A stretch of DNA of 59,230 nucleotides from a virus. Lineage: Duplodnaviria; Caudoviricetes. Below are positions 28,609 to 38,417 of the stretch, one piece after another (position 1 is the first letter of the stretch; each line of letters opens with the position of its first letter). The position numbers and the translations under genes were made by a program. Where the stretch lies: positions 1-59,230 of IMG/VR virus record IMGVR_UViG_3300020045_004392. One strand, written 5' to 3'. Below the pieces are notes generated by a model. That model worked only from the letters and a program-made list of their open reading frames with translations. It did not search any database and was not told where the DNA came from.

Positions 28609-28946
28609 AATATTTCTTCTATTTGTTTTTTAAATTCTTCTAATGATCTCACCAAATAATAATTAATTCCTTGCTGATTAACTTTGACTTGCCATTCGAT
28701 TTGCGCAGGTGATTGCCGTCCTATTTCAGTTTTAAACTCAAAACAGTACAATGTTCCACGCCAGATAAATAAGCAGTCAGATACGCCTGATATTAGCCCT
28801 ACTGCCTTGCGTTGCATTGCCCGTGCTATATGTTCTGAATTGTTCGTAACTGAGAAGAACAGTCCTCGCGTCTGTGGGTGCGTATTCCACAACCACATGA
28901 CGCACGATGCTTGATTTTGGGATTCTGTTAACATACTTCTGCCCAC
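28605..28946 (-). CDS. VRR-NUC domain nuclease
   Basis: GLISGVSD...FEFKT..GRQSPAQ PD-(D/E)xK motif. Confidence 0.85.
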   Translation of the reverse strand: MGRSMLTESQNQASCVMWLWNTHPQTRGLFFSVTNNSEHIARAMQRKAVGLISGVSDCLFIWRGTLYCFEFKTEIGRQSPAQIEWQVKVNQQGINYYLVRSLEEFKKQIEEIL

Positions 28947-29686
28947 TTACCATGAGAATAAACAACAGGACACAAAAATGATTTTATTGTTTTTGCGTGA
29001 ATGTCTGCTTTTCTGACATGTTCAAAATTCACAGTTTCTATTTTAATGTGTGGATTGCCGTTATGATATAATGATTTTACTTTCGTCCCCACCGGATACC
29101 TCCGTTTTGCTTCAGCCAGTAATTCTTCTTCCGTTGCGGTTGTCCAGTCGCGGTCTGCTTTAGGTAGCACGCGCCCCTTTTCATCACGTTTCAAATTCTT
29201 ACGCGAAAGTTTTGACTTTAACTCTGCTATTTCAGTTTCGGCAACTTTTAAGCAAGTCTGTGCGATTTTGAGTTCGTCCTTCAAATAGGTATTTTTACAC
29301 GCAATCCGATACCGTTCTTTCGACACTTCTTCCAATTCCGTTTCACGGTCTTTCAAGTCCGTTCGAAGGCTAGTGTTTCCAAATCGCAACTTATCATCAT
29401 GTTCCTGAATCGAAGCATATTTCAGCATCAGGCGCACGTGCATATCTCCCTGAGTATCGTTAAACTTTCGTTCTTCAGCTAATTCAGTAGCAAGTAGATC
29501 AAACTCTTCGTGTCGTTGCTTTTTCTCAATTTCTGAGAATTTGCGCCACTTTTTTAGCTTTTTGATTTCGTGCCGGATTTCATAATTGCGCAAGGCAAGC
29601 GAAACAGTACAGATGATAAACAATGCTGCAATAAATAATGAGCCGATAAATAACGAGTCTTGAAGTGATTGGGTGAATGAGTTCAT
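28928..29686 (-). CDS. Membrane-anchored coiled-coil protein
   Basis: N-terminal TM, long heptad region, C-terminal EELLAEAKRRYPVGTK. Confidence 0.6.
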   Translation of the reverse strand: MNSFTQSLQDSLFIGSLFIAALFIICTVSLALRNYEIRHEIKKLKKWRKFSEIEKKQRHEEFDLLATELAEERKFNDTQGDMHVRLMLKYASIQEHDDKLRFGNTSLRTDLKDRETELEEVSKERYRIACKNTYLKDELKIAQTCLKVAETEIAELKSKLSRKNLKRDEKGRVLPKADRDWTTATEEELLAEAKRRYPVGTKVKSLYHNGNPHIKIETVNFEHVRKADIHAKTIKSFLCPVVYSHGKWAEVC

Positions 29687-29790
29687 TTTGATTTGTTTTT
29701 AGATGTTAGTACTAAGATTACAATAATTAATATGATAACGCCAGCGATGTAATAATCGGGCATTGCGTCGATGCGGTCAAGTAGGTTCAT
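29683..29790 (-). CDS. Small membrane peptide (35 aa)
   Basis: MNLLDRIDAMPDYYIAGVIILIIVILVLTSKNKSK*; ATGA overlaps on both ends. Confidence 0.6.
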   Translation of the reverse strand: MNLLDRIDAMPDYYIAGVIILIIVILVLTSKNKSK

Positions 29791-29909
29791 TTTAACAGGA
29801 AGTTTAAAACGTCATACCCGAATGCAGCCGCAAAAATCATAGCAGCAAATGAAACGTAAGCAATAGCAGCGATCAAATTTACTTTCCAATTTGGTAATCG
29901 TTTTGTCAT
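29787..29909 (-). CDS. Small membrane peptide (40 aa)
   Basis: MTKRLPNWKVNLIAAIAYVSFAAMIFAAAFGYDVLNFLLK*. Confidence 0.6.
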   Translation of the reverse strand: MTKRLPNWKVNLIAAIAYVSFAAMIFAAAFGYDVLNFLLK

Positions 29910-29913
29910 TTTA

Positions 29914-29943
29914 TTTGCCCGTCATGCCGGTAGCGAAGCGTTA
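29914..29943 (-). promoter_or_regulatory. Repeated 5' leader motif, copy 1
   Basis: Minus strand TAACGCTTCGCTACCGGCATGACGGGCAAA, 4 nt before ATG; TATATTTG promoter at 29956-29963. Confidence 0.7.
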
Positions 29944-30006
29944 ATTTGTATAGACCAAATATAAACACATTTGTGCTAATATGCAAGATGTTTAAAAACA
30001 TATTGA

Positions 30007-32385
30007 TTAAAACGGTAATATGTCCTTATCTTCTTTCTCCGGCATCGGTAAATTCACTATACCATATTCCAAATACATTCTACCCTGTCCGCAATCCACT
30101 GTTTTCCATCCGTTATACTCGCCCCACTCGCGCATCCAGTCGTAAAACTGATTTGAGGACTTGATGTAAGAACCTGGATTGTCGTTAATGAACTGCTTAA
30201 ATGTATCGTTCCGGTTATGCCGTGAATTATTTACAAGCCACATTTTAGCAAACTCGACAAACTCCTCAGATGTTTCACTAATCAGCTTTTTAATTTTCAA
30301 GTTGACAAAATCAACCTTAATCAATCCTTCGGTAAGGTATAACTTAATGCAATCCAACATCAGATTATCAAACTTATTCCATTCGTCAGCATCCCAATCA
30401 GTCCAAAAGTTTTTCTTAAAATCGTCAATCGGCTGAAATGAATCTGAATAATGAGGATGAAACTCAACCTCAAATTTTCGCCTTTCGTGTGATGAACTGG
30501 AACCTTTTAGTACATTGTTTGTCGGGATTCCTATTTTTGGGGAGTCGGCCGGATCAAGGTAGATTTCGCCCTTGTTCTTTTTATTGATCGGCCATCCGGT
30601 CGTCAGGATTGAAAATATTGATTCAAAGTTGAAATTGCGGGCTGTATCGTCCAGAACTACAATCTCAGTATCAGGATTCACCCGCTGCCAGGTGAAATCT
30701 TTATTCGGGTCAAATGATTTGCCATTAATGAAAACGGTAACCCTAATCTTAGACATTGCTAAAAATATTAATCCCTTACCTGTTCCTCCGGCTGGATTTG
30801 AACTTATAACTTCCTCATTTGCAATTAATGCCCTCACAGTTGAAGGGTCTTTAAATCGGTGCATCATGTACCCTATTCCTGACATTAGCGATTGACAACG
30901 GCTAATATTTCCGGCTGACACGTTTAACAAGAACTGAGCGAAATCACAACGTGCGGATGTGTCTGAATGTTCTCCCGGGTTATTTAGTGAAAAATCCCTG
31001 CCGATAATTTGCGACTTCCAAATATACCCACCCATCAGATCAATATACGGTACTAACTCAATGCCATCTTTCGACACGCAAACGGCAGTATTCCGATAAA
31101 ATACCCATGATGTGAATTTAGTATCTCGAATGATTGCAGGTTTCTTGACTTCTAAAAATGCAATGTATTTCTTTTCAAACTTCGAGTCTCCGGCAAAAAG
31201 ATTGTAAGCCGCCGTTTCATTTGCTTCGAGTAGGTAATTTAAAACAAAATCCTTAATCATGTCAATCGTTACGACTTCAATTACATTTTGAACTATCCGG
31301 ATAAAAGAAATATCTTCAGGATTAAACCGATATTTGAAAAATCCGTTTTGCTCAAGGAACTTTTTTAAATTGAGATAGTCAACTTTAATTGCCCCACGGC
31401 CAGAGTATGTCCAAAAAATGTGTGGTATTGTTTCATGCACGGTTTCCGGCTCATCAAGTTCAATTGTCAAGTCATCGGGGAATCGGTCGGAAACATTCGG
31501 CAATTCTTCTGAATGAATTGTTATCCCGTAATTCTTTGCAATGAAAAATATTTTGGCCATTGTTGCCTTGCCTGAACTCGTTCTTAGGCAATAGTCAAAC
31601 TGTTTGCTGCATTTATTCAGGTCAAATCCTGAGTTAAATCGGCTTAATCGTTCAAAGTAGTTTGCGCCTTGTTCTTTGTAAACATCTGCCAATACCAGCC
31701 CAATATCAACCCAATCTTTATAATTTTGAGTAATGTCAATACGTTGTGATTCTATAACCTGCAAAAGTGTTTCAATGTCCGTATCTTCGCCAGTTGACTC
31801 ATGCCTGATGTGTTCGCGTGGGGTCGATGGTTCCTTCGTGCGGATAATGCTGGTAAAGGTTTCAGCATATTGATTAACGTAAATATGTGGATCGTATGAC
31901 TCAAAACAAACCCTTGACCATCCTTTTACATTGTGATCAAAATATCTACATGACTCAAATTCTTTGGCAATTGATTCAAATCTGAGGTTATGTTCTTCGT
32001 TTGTTTTGCATTCAGGTATCAGCCAAATAACCTTTAATCCATTTCCTGATGGACTAGTAAAGCATGAATATGTGTGTTTATTCCCCTGAATTTTTGTGCG
32101 CCACAGTTGCATCTCACGTTCAGGTATTCCGTCAAAATCAAGACATATATAACCTGAGTGCGCCACCATTGATTCGTTGTTGCGCTTGGTGAATTCACCG
32201 GAGAAGCAAATCCAAAACAGGCGCTTCTTTAGTGTGTCGCGTTTTTGCTTGTTGGTTTCACTCCTTATTTGTTCGATTAAATGCCGGTTATTGCCGCGCT
32301 TGATACGGTCTAGCACCTCATCAATTTCAAAGGATTGTGATTGACTATCGGAGTCGATTGATTTGAACACTGTTATTTTTCCCAT
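30007..32385 (-). CDS. Primase-helicase (BT4734/VirE-N-like primase, PriCT-2-like domain, P-loop ATPase)
   Basis: HSGYICLDFD, FTSPSGNGLK, YKDWVDIG, GGTGKG Walker A, VVLDD Walker B. Confidence 0.85.
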   Translation of the reverse strand: MGKITVFKSIDSDSQSQSFEIDEVLDRIKRGNNRHLIEQIRSETNKQKRDTLKKRLFWICFSGEFTKRNNESMVAHSGYICLDFDGIPEREMQLWRTKIQGNKHTYSCFTSPSGNGLKVIWLIPECKTNEEHNLRFESIAKEFESCRYFDHNVKGWSRVCFESYDPHIYVNQYAETFTSIIRTKEPSTPREHIRHESTGEDTDIETLLQVIESQRIDITQNYKDWVDIGLVLADVYKEQGANYFERLSRFNSGFDLNKCSKQFDYCLRTSSGKATMAKIFFIAKNYGITIHSEELPNVSDRFPDDLTIELDEPETVHETIPHIFWTYSGRGAIKVDYLNLKKFLEQNGFFKYRFNPEDISFIRIVQNVIEVVTIDMIKDFVLNYLLEANETAAYNLFAGDSKFEKKYIAFLEVKKPAIIRDTKFTSWVFYRNTAVCVSKDGIELVPYIDLMGGYIWKSQIIGRDFSLNNPGEHSDTSARCDFAQFLLNVSAGNISRCQSLMSGIGYMMHRFKDPSTVRALIANEEVISSNPAGGTGKGLIFLAMSKIRVTVFINGKSFDPNKDFTWQRVNPDTEIVVLDDTARNFNFESIFSILTTGWPINKKNKGEIYLDPADSPKIGIPTNNVLKGSSSSHERRKFEVEFHPHYSDSFQPIDDFKKNFWTDWDADEWNKFDNLMLDCIKLYLTEGLIKVDFVNLKIKKLISETSEEFVEFAKMWLVNNSRHNRNDTFKQFINDNPGSYIKSSNQFYDWMREWGEYNGWKTVDCGQGRMYLEYGIVNLPMPEKEDKDILPF

Positions 32386-32422
32386 GTCGGTAGGATTAGG
32401 ATTTAAGGCACTGAAAAGAAAG

Positions 32423-32602
32423 TTATTTGATAATACCGTGTTTTTTTAGGATGGTTTGAACCGCATCAATCATTTCATTAATAATTGGTTCGTGTACCTT
32501 TGGAATTGAGTCGTGGCGAATTACTGAACGAGTACCTGAAAAAATACGGCTTACTTCTCCCCAGTTGAAAATTTTTTTATTTTTGTCGATTTGTTTTGAC
32601 AT
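32423..32602 (-). CDS. Small putative DNA-binding protein
   Basis: MSKQIDK...FNWGEVSRIFSGTRS; TACATTTG promoter at 32650-32657 on -. Confidence 0.55.
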   Translation of the reverse strand: MSKQIDKNKKIFNWGEVSRIFSGTRSVIRHDSIPKVHEPIINEMIDAVQTILKKHGIIK

Positions 32603-32662
32603 TGTATAAGTTTTTAAGTGTTTGAACTTCGTATGATAATGATGTAGCACAAATGTAGTAAA

Positions 32663-33439
32663 TTAATCAAATAGTGTTGGTTGTTTTAAATAATTTGTCA
32701 CTAATATTTCGGTTCGACGGGTTTTCAGATTTTGACGTTCACCGATAATATGGACATTTAGTTTTCGTTCTTTGGCTTGCTGTAAAATGAATGGATGATC
32801 AAATTCAGACATAGCGTATTTGCATCCGGTTGAATCAAGCGTATCAAAAAGGTCTGAACTATCCTGTTCTGTAAATGAATGGGAATAGTTATCAGAGGTA
32901 TTCAAATAAGGTGGATCACAATAAATAAATGATTGATCTGTTTCCCCTTTTCCGCCTCTATCATCAAGGCTAATTGAATTGAAAAATACCCTAAAATCTT
33001 TATTCATAAACTGAACTCCGAACATAAATTTCTGTGTCGGTTCAAGTAAATCAAGTATGGTTAAAAATTGATTCCCATTACATCTACTTGCTCCGTAAAC
33101 AATAGAATTTAAGTAAGTCAGATTTGATAAAAACAAAAATCGCATAGCTTTTCTTACTGGTTCTGTTTCTTTGTTTTCTTTCCAGTATTCAAGCAAATCA
33201 GAATGAATCGGCATCATTTTAAACTGCTGCTCTAGTTCATCTTTTTGATTGCTCACAACCTGGAATAAGTTAAAAACATCAGAATCCAAATCGTTCACAA
33301 TATTGTACTTTGCTTTTGGCTTGTTGAAAAACATTCCACCAGCACCGAAAAACGGTTCAATATAAATTTTGTGAGCAGGGAAATACGGTATGATTTTATC
33401 CGCAATCGCTGACTTGTTGCCTAATCTTCGTAGGATCAT
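32663..33439 (-). CDS. Dam-like (D12 class) adenine methyltransferase
   Basis: GNKS, YIEPFFGAGG, VNDLD and YCDPPY motifs. Confidence 0.9.
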   Translation of the reverse strand: MILRRLGNKSAIADKIIPYFPAHKIYIEPFFGAGGMFFNKPKAKYNIVNDLDSDVFNLFQVVSNQKDELEQQFKMMPIHSDLLEYWKENKETEPVRKAMRFLFLSNLTYLNSIVYGASRCNGNQFLTILDLLEPTQKFMFGVQFMNKDFRVFFNSISLDDRGGKGETDQSFIYCDPPYLNTSDNYSHSFTEQDSSDLFDTLDSTGCKYAMSEFDHPFILQQAKERKLNVHIIGERQNLKTRRTEILVTNYLKQPTLFD

Positions 33440-33475
33440 AATTTTTTAGTTTAACACAAATGTATCATTTCTTTT

Positions 33476-35080
33476 TTAACTCACAACTATTTTTTCATTA
33501 TATTTTTCTATCTGGCCAGCATATCGCCTTTTTGTCATTTCAATCCATCCCGATTTATAATTTCGACTTTTCGCATATTCAATCAGTCCATCCATCCCAG
33601 ATTTGGCAATAATCTGATTCAATACCCATCCAAATTTGTACCCTCTCGATTCGGCAACCTTTTCAAGTTCATCAAAATAGTTCTTTTCAGGTATTACAAT
33701 ATGATCAGTGTTGTAGTCAATTTGCACCAGTTCAGCAAACTTCAATTCCTTTTCAAGTTCAAAAATATATCCGCAAAAATCACAAATCCGACTTGAAGCA
33801 AATACATAAGCCTCACATCCACAATTACCATTTTTATCGGTGTGGTGTTTCCCGGCCATTGTTCCGCATTGTTTTACCGGTGGCGCACCACCACCTTTAC
33901 TTTCTTCGTGATATAGTGACCAATTGCGCTGTTGGTTGTAATATCCAAGTTCAGCGGCATTATTCCCGAAGTCAAGGATGTTGAAGTGAGTCTTGCCATG
34001 GTACGTTCTCGACCCTCTCCCCAACATTTGAAGCCATAACGGTATTGATGTTGTTGCCCTGTTAATAATAATAGTTTCAATGTCCTTGCGGTTAAATCCG
34101 GTGGTAAGTATTCCGGCATTCCAAAGTACGTCGTATTTGCGTTGTTTCCAATCTGAAACGACATGATTTCTGTCGCCTGAATATTTGCGGTAAGCATCAC
34201 GGAAATTTTCGTACTCGGCTAGTTTTATGTCATACTTAACTCGGGCCGCTTCTCCGGATCCCATAATTGGCGGTGCAACGTCTGAGGTCAGAAACTTAGC
34301 AGTAATTCCGGAATCATTGAAAGCCTTACAGGTATTGATAACATGCTGAATATTTACACCAAATCCAAGTGTCGCGGTACCTGGTACATTTTTAATCCAA
34401 TTTTCAACCACTCCGGCATATAATTCCCGTTTATTAAACCGCTCAAACATTCCTGATTCCTGATAGTCTCCGAATGAATTTAGCTTTACGCCTTTGACAT
34501 TTGCGCCATCGATACCGAAATATTTATCAGGTACCAGCTTTTTCAGTTTGATTAGTTCAGGAACTTGCAATCCTTGAATAAGTACTTCATAATCAGCCGC
34601 CAGTTGCCGCTGTTTTCCCATTCGTTGAGGGGTCGCGCTGAATCCTAAGATTATTGCCCCATTAAACGCATCGTTCTCAAAATATGGGTTAAATTCTTGC
34701 TTATGACATTCATCTAAAATAATAACATCGAACGACTTGAAAAAGCGCGGCCACTGTCCTATCCTTCGCCTGAGCGTTTGCGACATGGCAATGTAAACCT
34801 GATGAGTAAGCGGTGGTTCTACCATTTGCCCGGCCATAATATTGAACGGATGCAGTTTGAATTGTTGCAATGTCCCACCTGTTTCAAAAAGCAATTCCAC
34901 GCGGTCAGTAATTATCAAGGCACGCTTTTGTTTTCGCTCCATTTCTTTTACGATATGCGAAAACATAACGGTCTTTCCTGATCCGGTTGGAGACTGAACT
35001 AGTATATGCTTTTTGCCTTTTGAAAGTTCAGCGCGGACTTGTGAAATTAAGTCGGATTGGTATGGGTAAAGTTGGATCAT
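33476..35080 (-). CDS. SF2 DEAD/DEAH-box helicase with C-terminal Zn ribbon
   Basis: SPTGSGKT, DECH, SATP, QMLGRGSR and CxxC motifs. Confidence 0.9.
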   Translation of the reverse strand: MIQLYPYQSDLISQVRAELSKGKKHILVQSPTGSGKTVMFSHIVKEMERKQKRALIITDRVELLFETGGTLQQFKLHPFNIMAGQMVEPPLTHQVYIAMSQTLRRRIGQWPRFFKSFDVIILDECHKQEFNPYFENDAFNGAIILGFSATPQRMGKQRQLAADYEVLIQGLQVPELIKLKKLVPDKYFGIDGANVKGVKLNSFGDYQESGMFERFNKRELYAGVVENWIKNVPGTATLGFGVNIQHVINTCKAFNDSGITAKFLTSDVAPPIMGSGEAARVKYDIKLAEYENFRDAYRKYSGDRNHVVSDWKQRKYDVLWNAGILTTGFNRKDIETIIINRATTSIPLWLQMLGRGSRTYHGKTHFNILDFGNNAAELGYYNQQRNWSLYHEESKGGGAPPVKQCGTMAGKHHTDKNGNCGCEAYVFASSRICDFCGYIFELEKELKFAELVQIDYNTDHIVIPEKNYFDELEKVAESRGYKFGWVLNQIIAKSGMDGLIEYAKSRNYKSGWIEMTKRRYAGQIEKYNEKIVVS

Positions 35081-35385
35081 ACTGTTATAAAGTATGTAAT
35101 TGGTATCGGAAATGGTTTTGAATGTAAATTTTTAACAACCAATATTGCTGTTATCCATTCATCAGCATGATATATTACCCCTTCTTCGCCCATGTATTCA
35201 ACTGTTCCGTTTGACAACTTTCTCACTCCAATTATTTGAACTTCAGTTTCTTTCCACAACTTTACTTCTTCCCAAACTTTTCGACTTTTTGTGTGAAAAT
35301 TGCCTCTTATCTTAACTCGCTTTAAATATGATTTAACGATTAATTTTTGGCCGATCGTTATTTCTTTAATTGCTTCCATGTTCAC
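35077..35385 (-). CDS. Hypothetical protein
   Basis: Coupled ORF. Confidence 0.6.
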   Translation of the reverse strand: MNMEAIKEITIGQKLIVKSYLKRVKIRGNFHTKSRKVWEEVKLWKETEVQIIGVRKLSNGTVEYMGEEGVIYHADEWITAILVVKNLHSKPFPIPITYFITV

Positions 35386-35582
35386 CAGATTGTTAGTTGA
35401 TTAGTATTAATTTTGTTTACTTCAGCAACCTTTGACCCATTACGGTTCGCCCAATATATCGAAGCAATCCACGCATAACGCAATAGTTGAACGTGTGAGG
35501 AATTGTACTTAAATCCTGACTTTTGCCAATTATGAATAATTCGCTTTTGAAAACGTGTAGGGGATTGGTAGAAGGTTTGCAT
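35382..35582 (-). CDS. Hypothetical protein
   Basis: Coupled ORF. Confidence 0.55.
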   Translation of the reverse strand: MQTFYQSPTRFQKRIIHNWQKSGFKYNSSHVQLLRYAWIASIYWANRNGSKVAEVNKINTNQLTIW

Positions 35583-35606
35583 GGGATTGATTAATTAGGG
35601 AAAAGT

Positions 35607-35627
35607 AGGCCGGAATTTACCCGGCCT
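35607..35627 (-). terminator. Hairpin after SSB-like gene
   Basis: AGGCCGG-N7-CCGGCCT with TTTT downstream on -. Confidence 0.55.
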
Positions 35628-35635
35628 GTAATTTG

Positions 35636-36013
35636 CTAGAAAGGAAGTGCATCATCAACTAACGGTGTATCATCAAACTGTTCTGACGTATTAACTTCGG
35701 CAGTCGGTGCAGACCATTCTTTCAGGTTACCCAAGAACGGCGTATATTTTCCGGCAGCCTTCAACGCTTCACGGATTTCCTTTTTAGGATTGATTTTGAT
35801 CGTGTGAGTATTCCCATTTTTTTGCTTCTCGGGTGCCACATCGTAAACGGCTATGCCCTGACTCAAATACGTTTTACCATCTTTAACCGTCTTTTCAATG
35901 TAGTTCGATTCAAGCGGTAGTATTACGCATTCGATTGGTCCGTTCTTACCTTTTACCATCGTAACGATGTGTTCCATCGCACTGTAATTCAATTGTCCTG
36001 TTAGTGTACTCAT
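35636..36013 (-). CDS. Putative single-stranded DNA-binding protein
   Basis: Acidic tail ending DDALPF; located in the recombination module. Confidence 0.65.
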   Translation of the reverse strand: MSTLTGQLNYSAMEHIVTMVKGKNGPIECVILPLESNYIEKTVKDGKTYLSQGIAVYDVAPEKQKNGNTHTIKINPKKEIREALKAAGKYTPFLGNLKEWSAPTAEVNTSEQFDDTPLVDDALPF

Positions 36014-36020
36014 TTTATGT

Positions 36021-36053
36021 TTTGCCCGTTATCCCGATAGCGAAGGGGTTATG
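36021..36053 (-). promoter_or_regulatory. Repeated 5' leader motif, copy 2
   Basis: Minus strand CATAACCCCTTCGCTATCGGGATAACGGGCAAA, 7 nt before ATG. Confidence 0.7.
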
Positions 36054-36056
36054 TGA

Positions 36057-36200
36057 TTATTTACGTTTAAAATATACATGGTGATTACCTTCATAATGAT
36101 AAAGCTCATAACTTATACTTATGATATAAATATTATCTTCATTTTTAGCATACCATTCATTAAGTAATTCTAATGTTTTAAATACAGAATGTTCAATCAT
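36057..36200 (-). CDS. Small hypothetical protein (MIEHSVFK...)
   Basis: Internal ATG of track ORF 36057-36428 avoids overlap with the exonuclease gene. Confidence 0.5.
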   Translation of the reverse strand: MIEHSVFKTLELLNEWYAKNEDNIYIISISYELYHYEGNHHVYFKRK

Positions 36201-36228
36201 TTTGTTAAGTTTATGCGCTTTCGCGCGG

Positions 36229-37107
36229 TTACTGTTCAACCTCCACACACATCTCATCCATGCTCCGCCCGGACATATACCCGTCCAAAATTCGTTTGGC
36301 CTTATGTACACGGTCGAGCATCGCATCAATGTAAATCTGATCACGCATGACGCGAATAATGACCAGTTGAAATTCAGGTTTACAGCGAGGATCGTAAGAA
36401 ACAAAATCGCACCATTGAACGCCTGCAACTTCGATATTCCCCTGAATTTGGCCGTAGTAATCGTGATTAATCATTATGCCGCCAGATTGTTTTAGATCGA
36501 AGTTGTTTTCATGAACCAATGGATCGTAAGGACATTTAATTTCGAGGATTCCTTCCACAAAACGGGTCGATCCTTCTTTACCTCCGATCACTTCCCCATC
36601 AAAGCTACCGCCCAAATACGGTATCGAGTAATGTACTTTAAACCCAACTTCATTAACCACATATCCGGTCTTTTCGGCATACTTTCCCCGCGCCTCTGGT
36701 TCGTACTTTGTTCCCCATGCGGTAGGTCTGAATTCTTTCATCATTTGCTCAATCGCTAATTGTTCGCGTCCTTCGTCTGTCATTCTCATATACGATGCGA
36801 TTGTTTTAATAACCTTCCTAGCAGTTTCGCCCCACTTTGCCATCTCTGGCGTGATTCCTAACTTCGCATTTACTTTCCCGTGTTTCATTAAGTCAGGAGT
36901 CTTTGAATTTGTGAACTTATCCCAGCGATGCAAAAACCATTCAATAGAACGTTGCTTCATTTGCTCAGTATCGTTTACTTTTTCGGAGTCGATCGTTATT
37001 GCTGAGAAGTCGGCAAGATCGGAGAATGGGTTGTTAACTTCATGTGATACCGATTTCATACCCTGAATATCACTACCTTTAAATTGTACTTTTACTTTGT
37101 CGCTCAT
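36229..37107 (-). CDS. YqaJ / lambda-exonuclease family protein
   Basis: QRSIEWF..R, WGTKYEPEAR, GGSFDG, LEIKCP and YYGQIQ motifs. Confidence 0.9.
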   Translation of the reverse strand: MSDKVKVQFKGSDIQGMKSVSHEVNNPFSDLADFSAITIDSEKVNDTEQMKQRSIEWFLHRWDKFTNSKTPDLMKHGKVNAKLGITPEMAKWGETARKVIKTIASYMRMTDEGREQLAIEQMMKEFRPTAWGTKYEPEARGKYAEKTGYVVNEVGFKVHYSIPYLGGSFDGEVIGGKEGSTRFVEGILEIKCPYDPLVHENNFDLKQSGGIMINHDYYGQIQGNIEVAGVQWCDFVSYDPRCKPEFQLVIIRVMRDQIYIDAMLDRVHKAKRILDGYMSGRSMDEMCVEVEQ

Positions 37108-37112
37108 GTCGC

Positions 37113-37730
37113 TTAATTTATCGGGGTTTCAACAAACTGCCTTAACTCTTTCAACAACTGCATCGCCCGTTCATTTGCTTCAAATTTTGAACGCTGCAAT
37201 GTGAATACTGCAACCATATGCTTAATCGCAGGTGAAGTCTGATTGCACCACTCAGAAAGTTTTGCAATCGGGAAGCGCGTGCCGTCTGGAATATTAAACC
37301 CGCTCGAATCAGCCTTCAGTTGAATCTTTGGAAGTATTTCCAAATGCCGACCAATTCCCCATTTTGCAGCAGCGCGAACAAACGCACTTGAAGCGGCTGT
37401 CTTTGCTTCGAACGTGTCTTTATCGACTTGTTCAATTGATTTCTTGCGTGATGCCCTTGCACCTCCTGCATCTGATTTTTCAATCATGCCTCCATCGGTC
37501 ATAATCTGGATTGAGCAAAAAAGTATTCCGGCAACTTCGCGGTACTCATTACCCCAGCCACCAATTCCGCAAACCTCATCCAAAATAGTTTCGCACTGAT
37601 CCGCATCATAATACGGGTAAATTTCATTTTTACCGTCTCCGGCCGAGTCTCCGACCCTCCATTTAGGCAGTACACCAATTGACTCATGAAAGTCTGGTGA
37701 GCCAAGTTTGATTAATTCGATTTTTTCCAT
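37113..37730 (-). CDS. Rad52/Sak-like single-strand annealing protein
   Basis: PYYDA...ILDEVCG..GW and AKTAASSAFVRAAAKWGIGR motifs; adjacent to exonuclease. Confidence 0.85.
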   Translation of the reverse strand: MEKIELIKLGSPDFHESIGVLPKWRVGDSAGDGKNEIYPYYDADQCETILDEVCGIGGWGNEYREVAGILFCSIQIMTDGGMIEKSDAGGARASRKKSIEQVDKDTFEAKTAASSAFVRAAAKWGIGRHLEILPKIQLKADSSGFNIPDGTRFPIAKLSEWCNQTSPAIKHMVAVFTLQRSKFEANERAMQLLKELRQFVETPIN

Positions 37731-37737
37731 TTGTTTT

Positions 37738-37770
37738 TTTGCCCGTCATCCCGATAGCAAAGGGGTTATG
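37738..37770 (-). promoter_or_regulatory. Repeated 5' leader motif, copy 3
   Basis: Minus strand CATAACCCCTTTGCTATCGGGATGACGGGCAAA, 7 nt before ATG. Confidence 0.7.
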
Positions 37771-37784
37771 CCCGTGTGGACTGA

Positions 37785-38093
37785 TTAATTATTTTTATGA
37801 AATTCAGCAATTAATGCTTTGTTTATTTTGTCCTCAATTTCGTAATTAATGTTTGATTCAACCGGATAAAATCCTTCGACTGTTATTAACTGAATATCAG
37901 TTGATACATAACGAGAGTTACACTCATCATTGATAAGTACTTTAACGTGAAAATTCAATTCATCATTAAATTTATTGATAAAAGAATGTCCTGATTTTTC
38001 ATGGCATTTATCGTTGTTTCCTGCCATTTCGCAAATTTGATTAACAAGTGCGTTAATCTCAGCTTCGGTAAATTCTACTTTTAGTGTTCTCAT
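37785..38093 (-). CDS. Hypothetical protein (MRTLKVEF...)
   Basis: ATG downstream of TATATTTG promoter at 38122-38129 (-). Confidence 0.6.
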   Translation of the reverse strand: MRTLKVEFTEAEINALVNQICEMAGNNDKCHEKSGHSFINKFNDELNFHVKVLINDECNSRYVSTDIQLITVEGFYPVESNINYEIEDKINKALIAEFHKNN

Positions 38094-38417
38094 TTGATTA
38101 GGATTTGTAATTTGATTGACACAAATATAGCACAATTGTTTTAAATACGCAATAGGTAAAAGAAAATAAATTAATTATTTTTAGGGGTGAATACTCCAAT
38201 ATTCGAATCTTTTTAACATTTATTAACTGAAACGGTTTGATTTAAAATCGTTTCCTAAAAATTTGACCGATTTTTCAACCGATATTGTTTAATTCGTTTT
38301 TTAATAAATTGATTAACTTGTATTTTACTTTTTGATTAGAAAATTCGAGTACCTAAAAAGTACTATAAACTTTCCGCTATTTACAAGTTATCGTCCAGTT
38401 TAGGACGCTGCGTTGAT

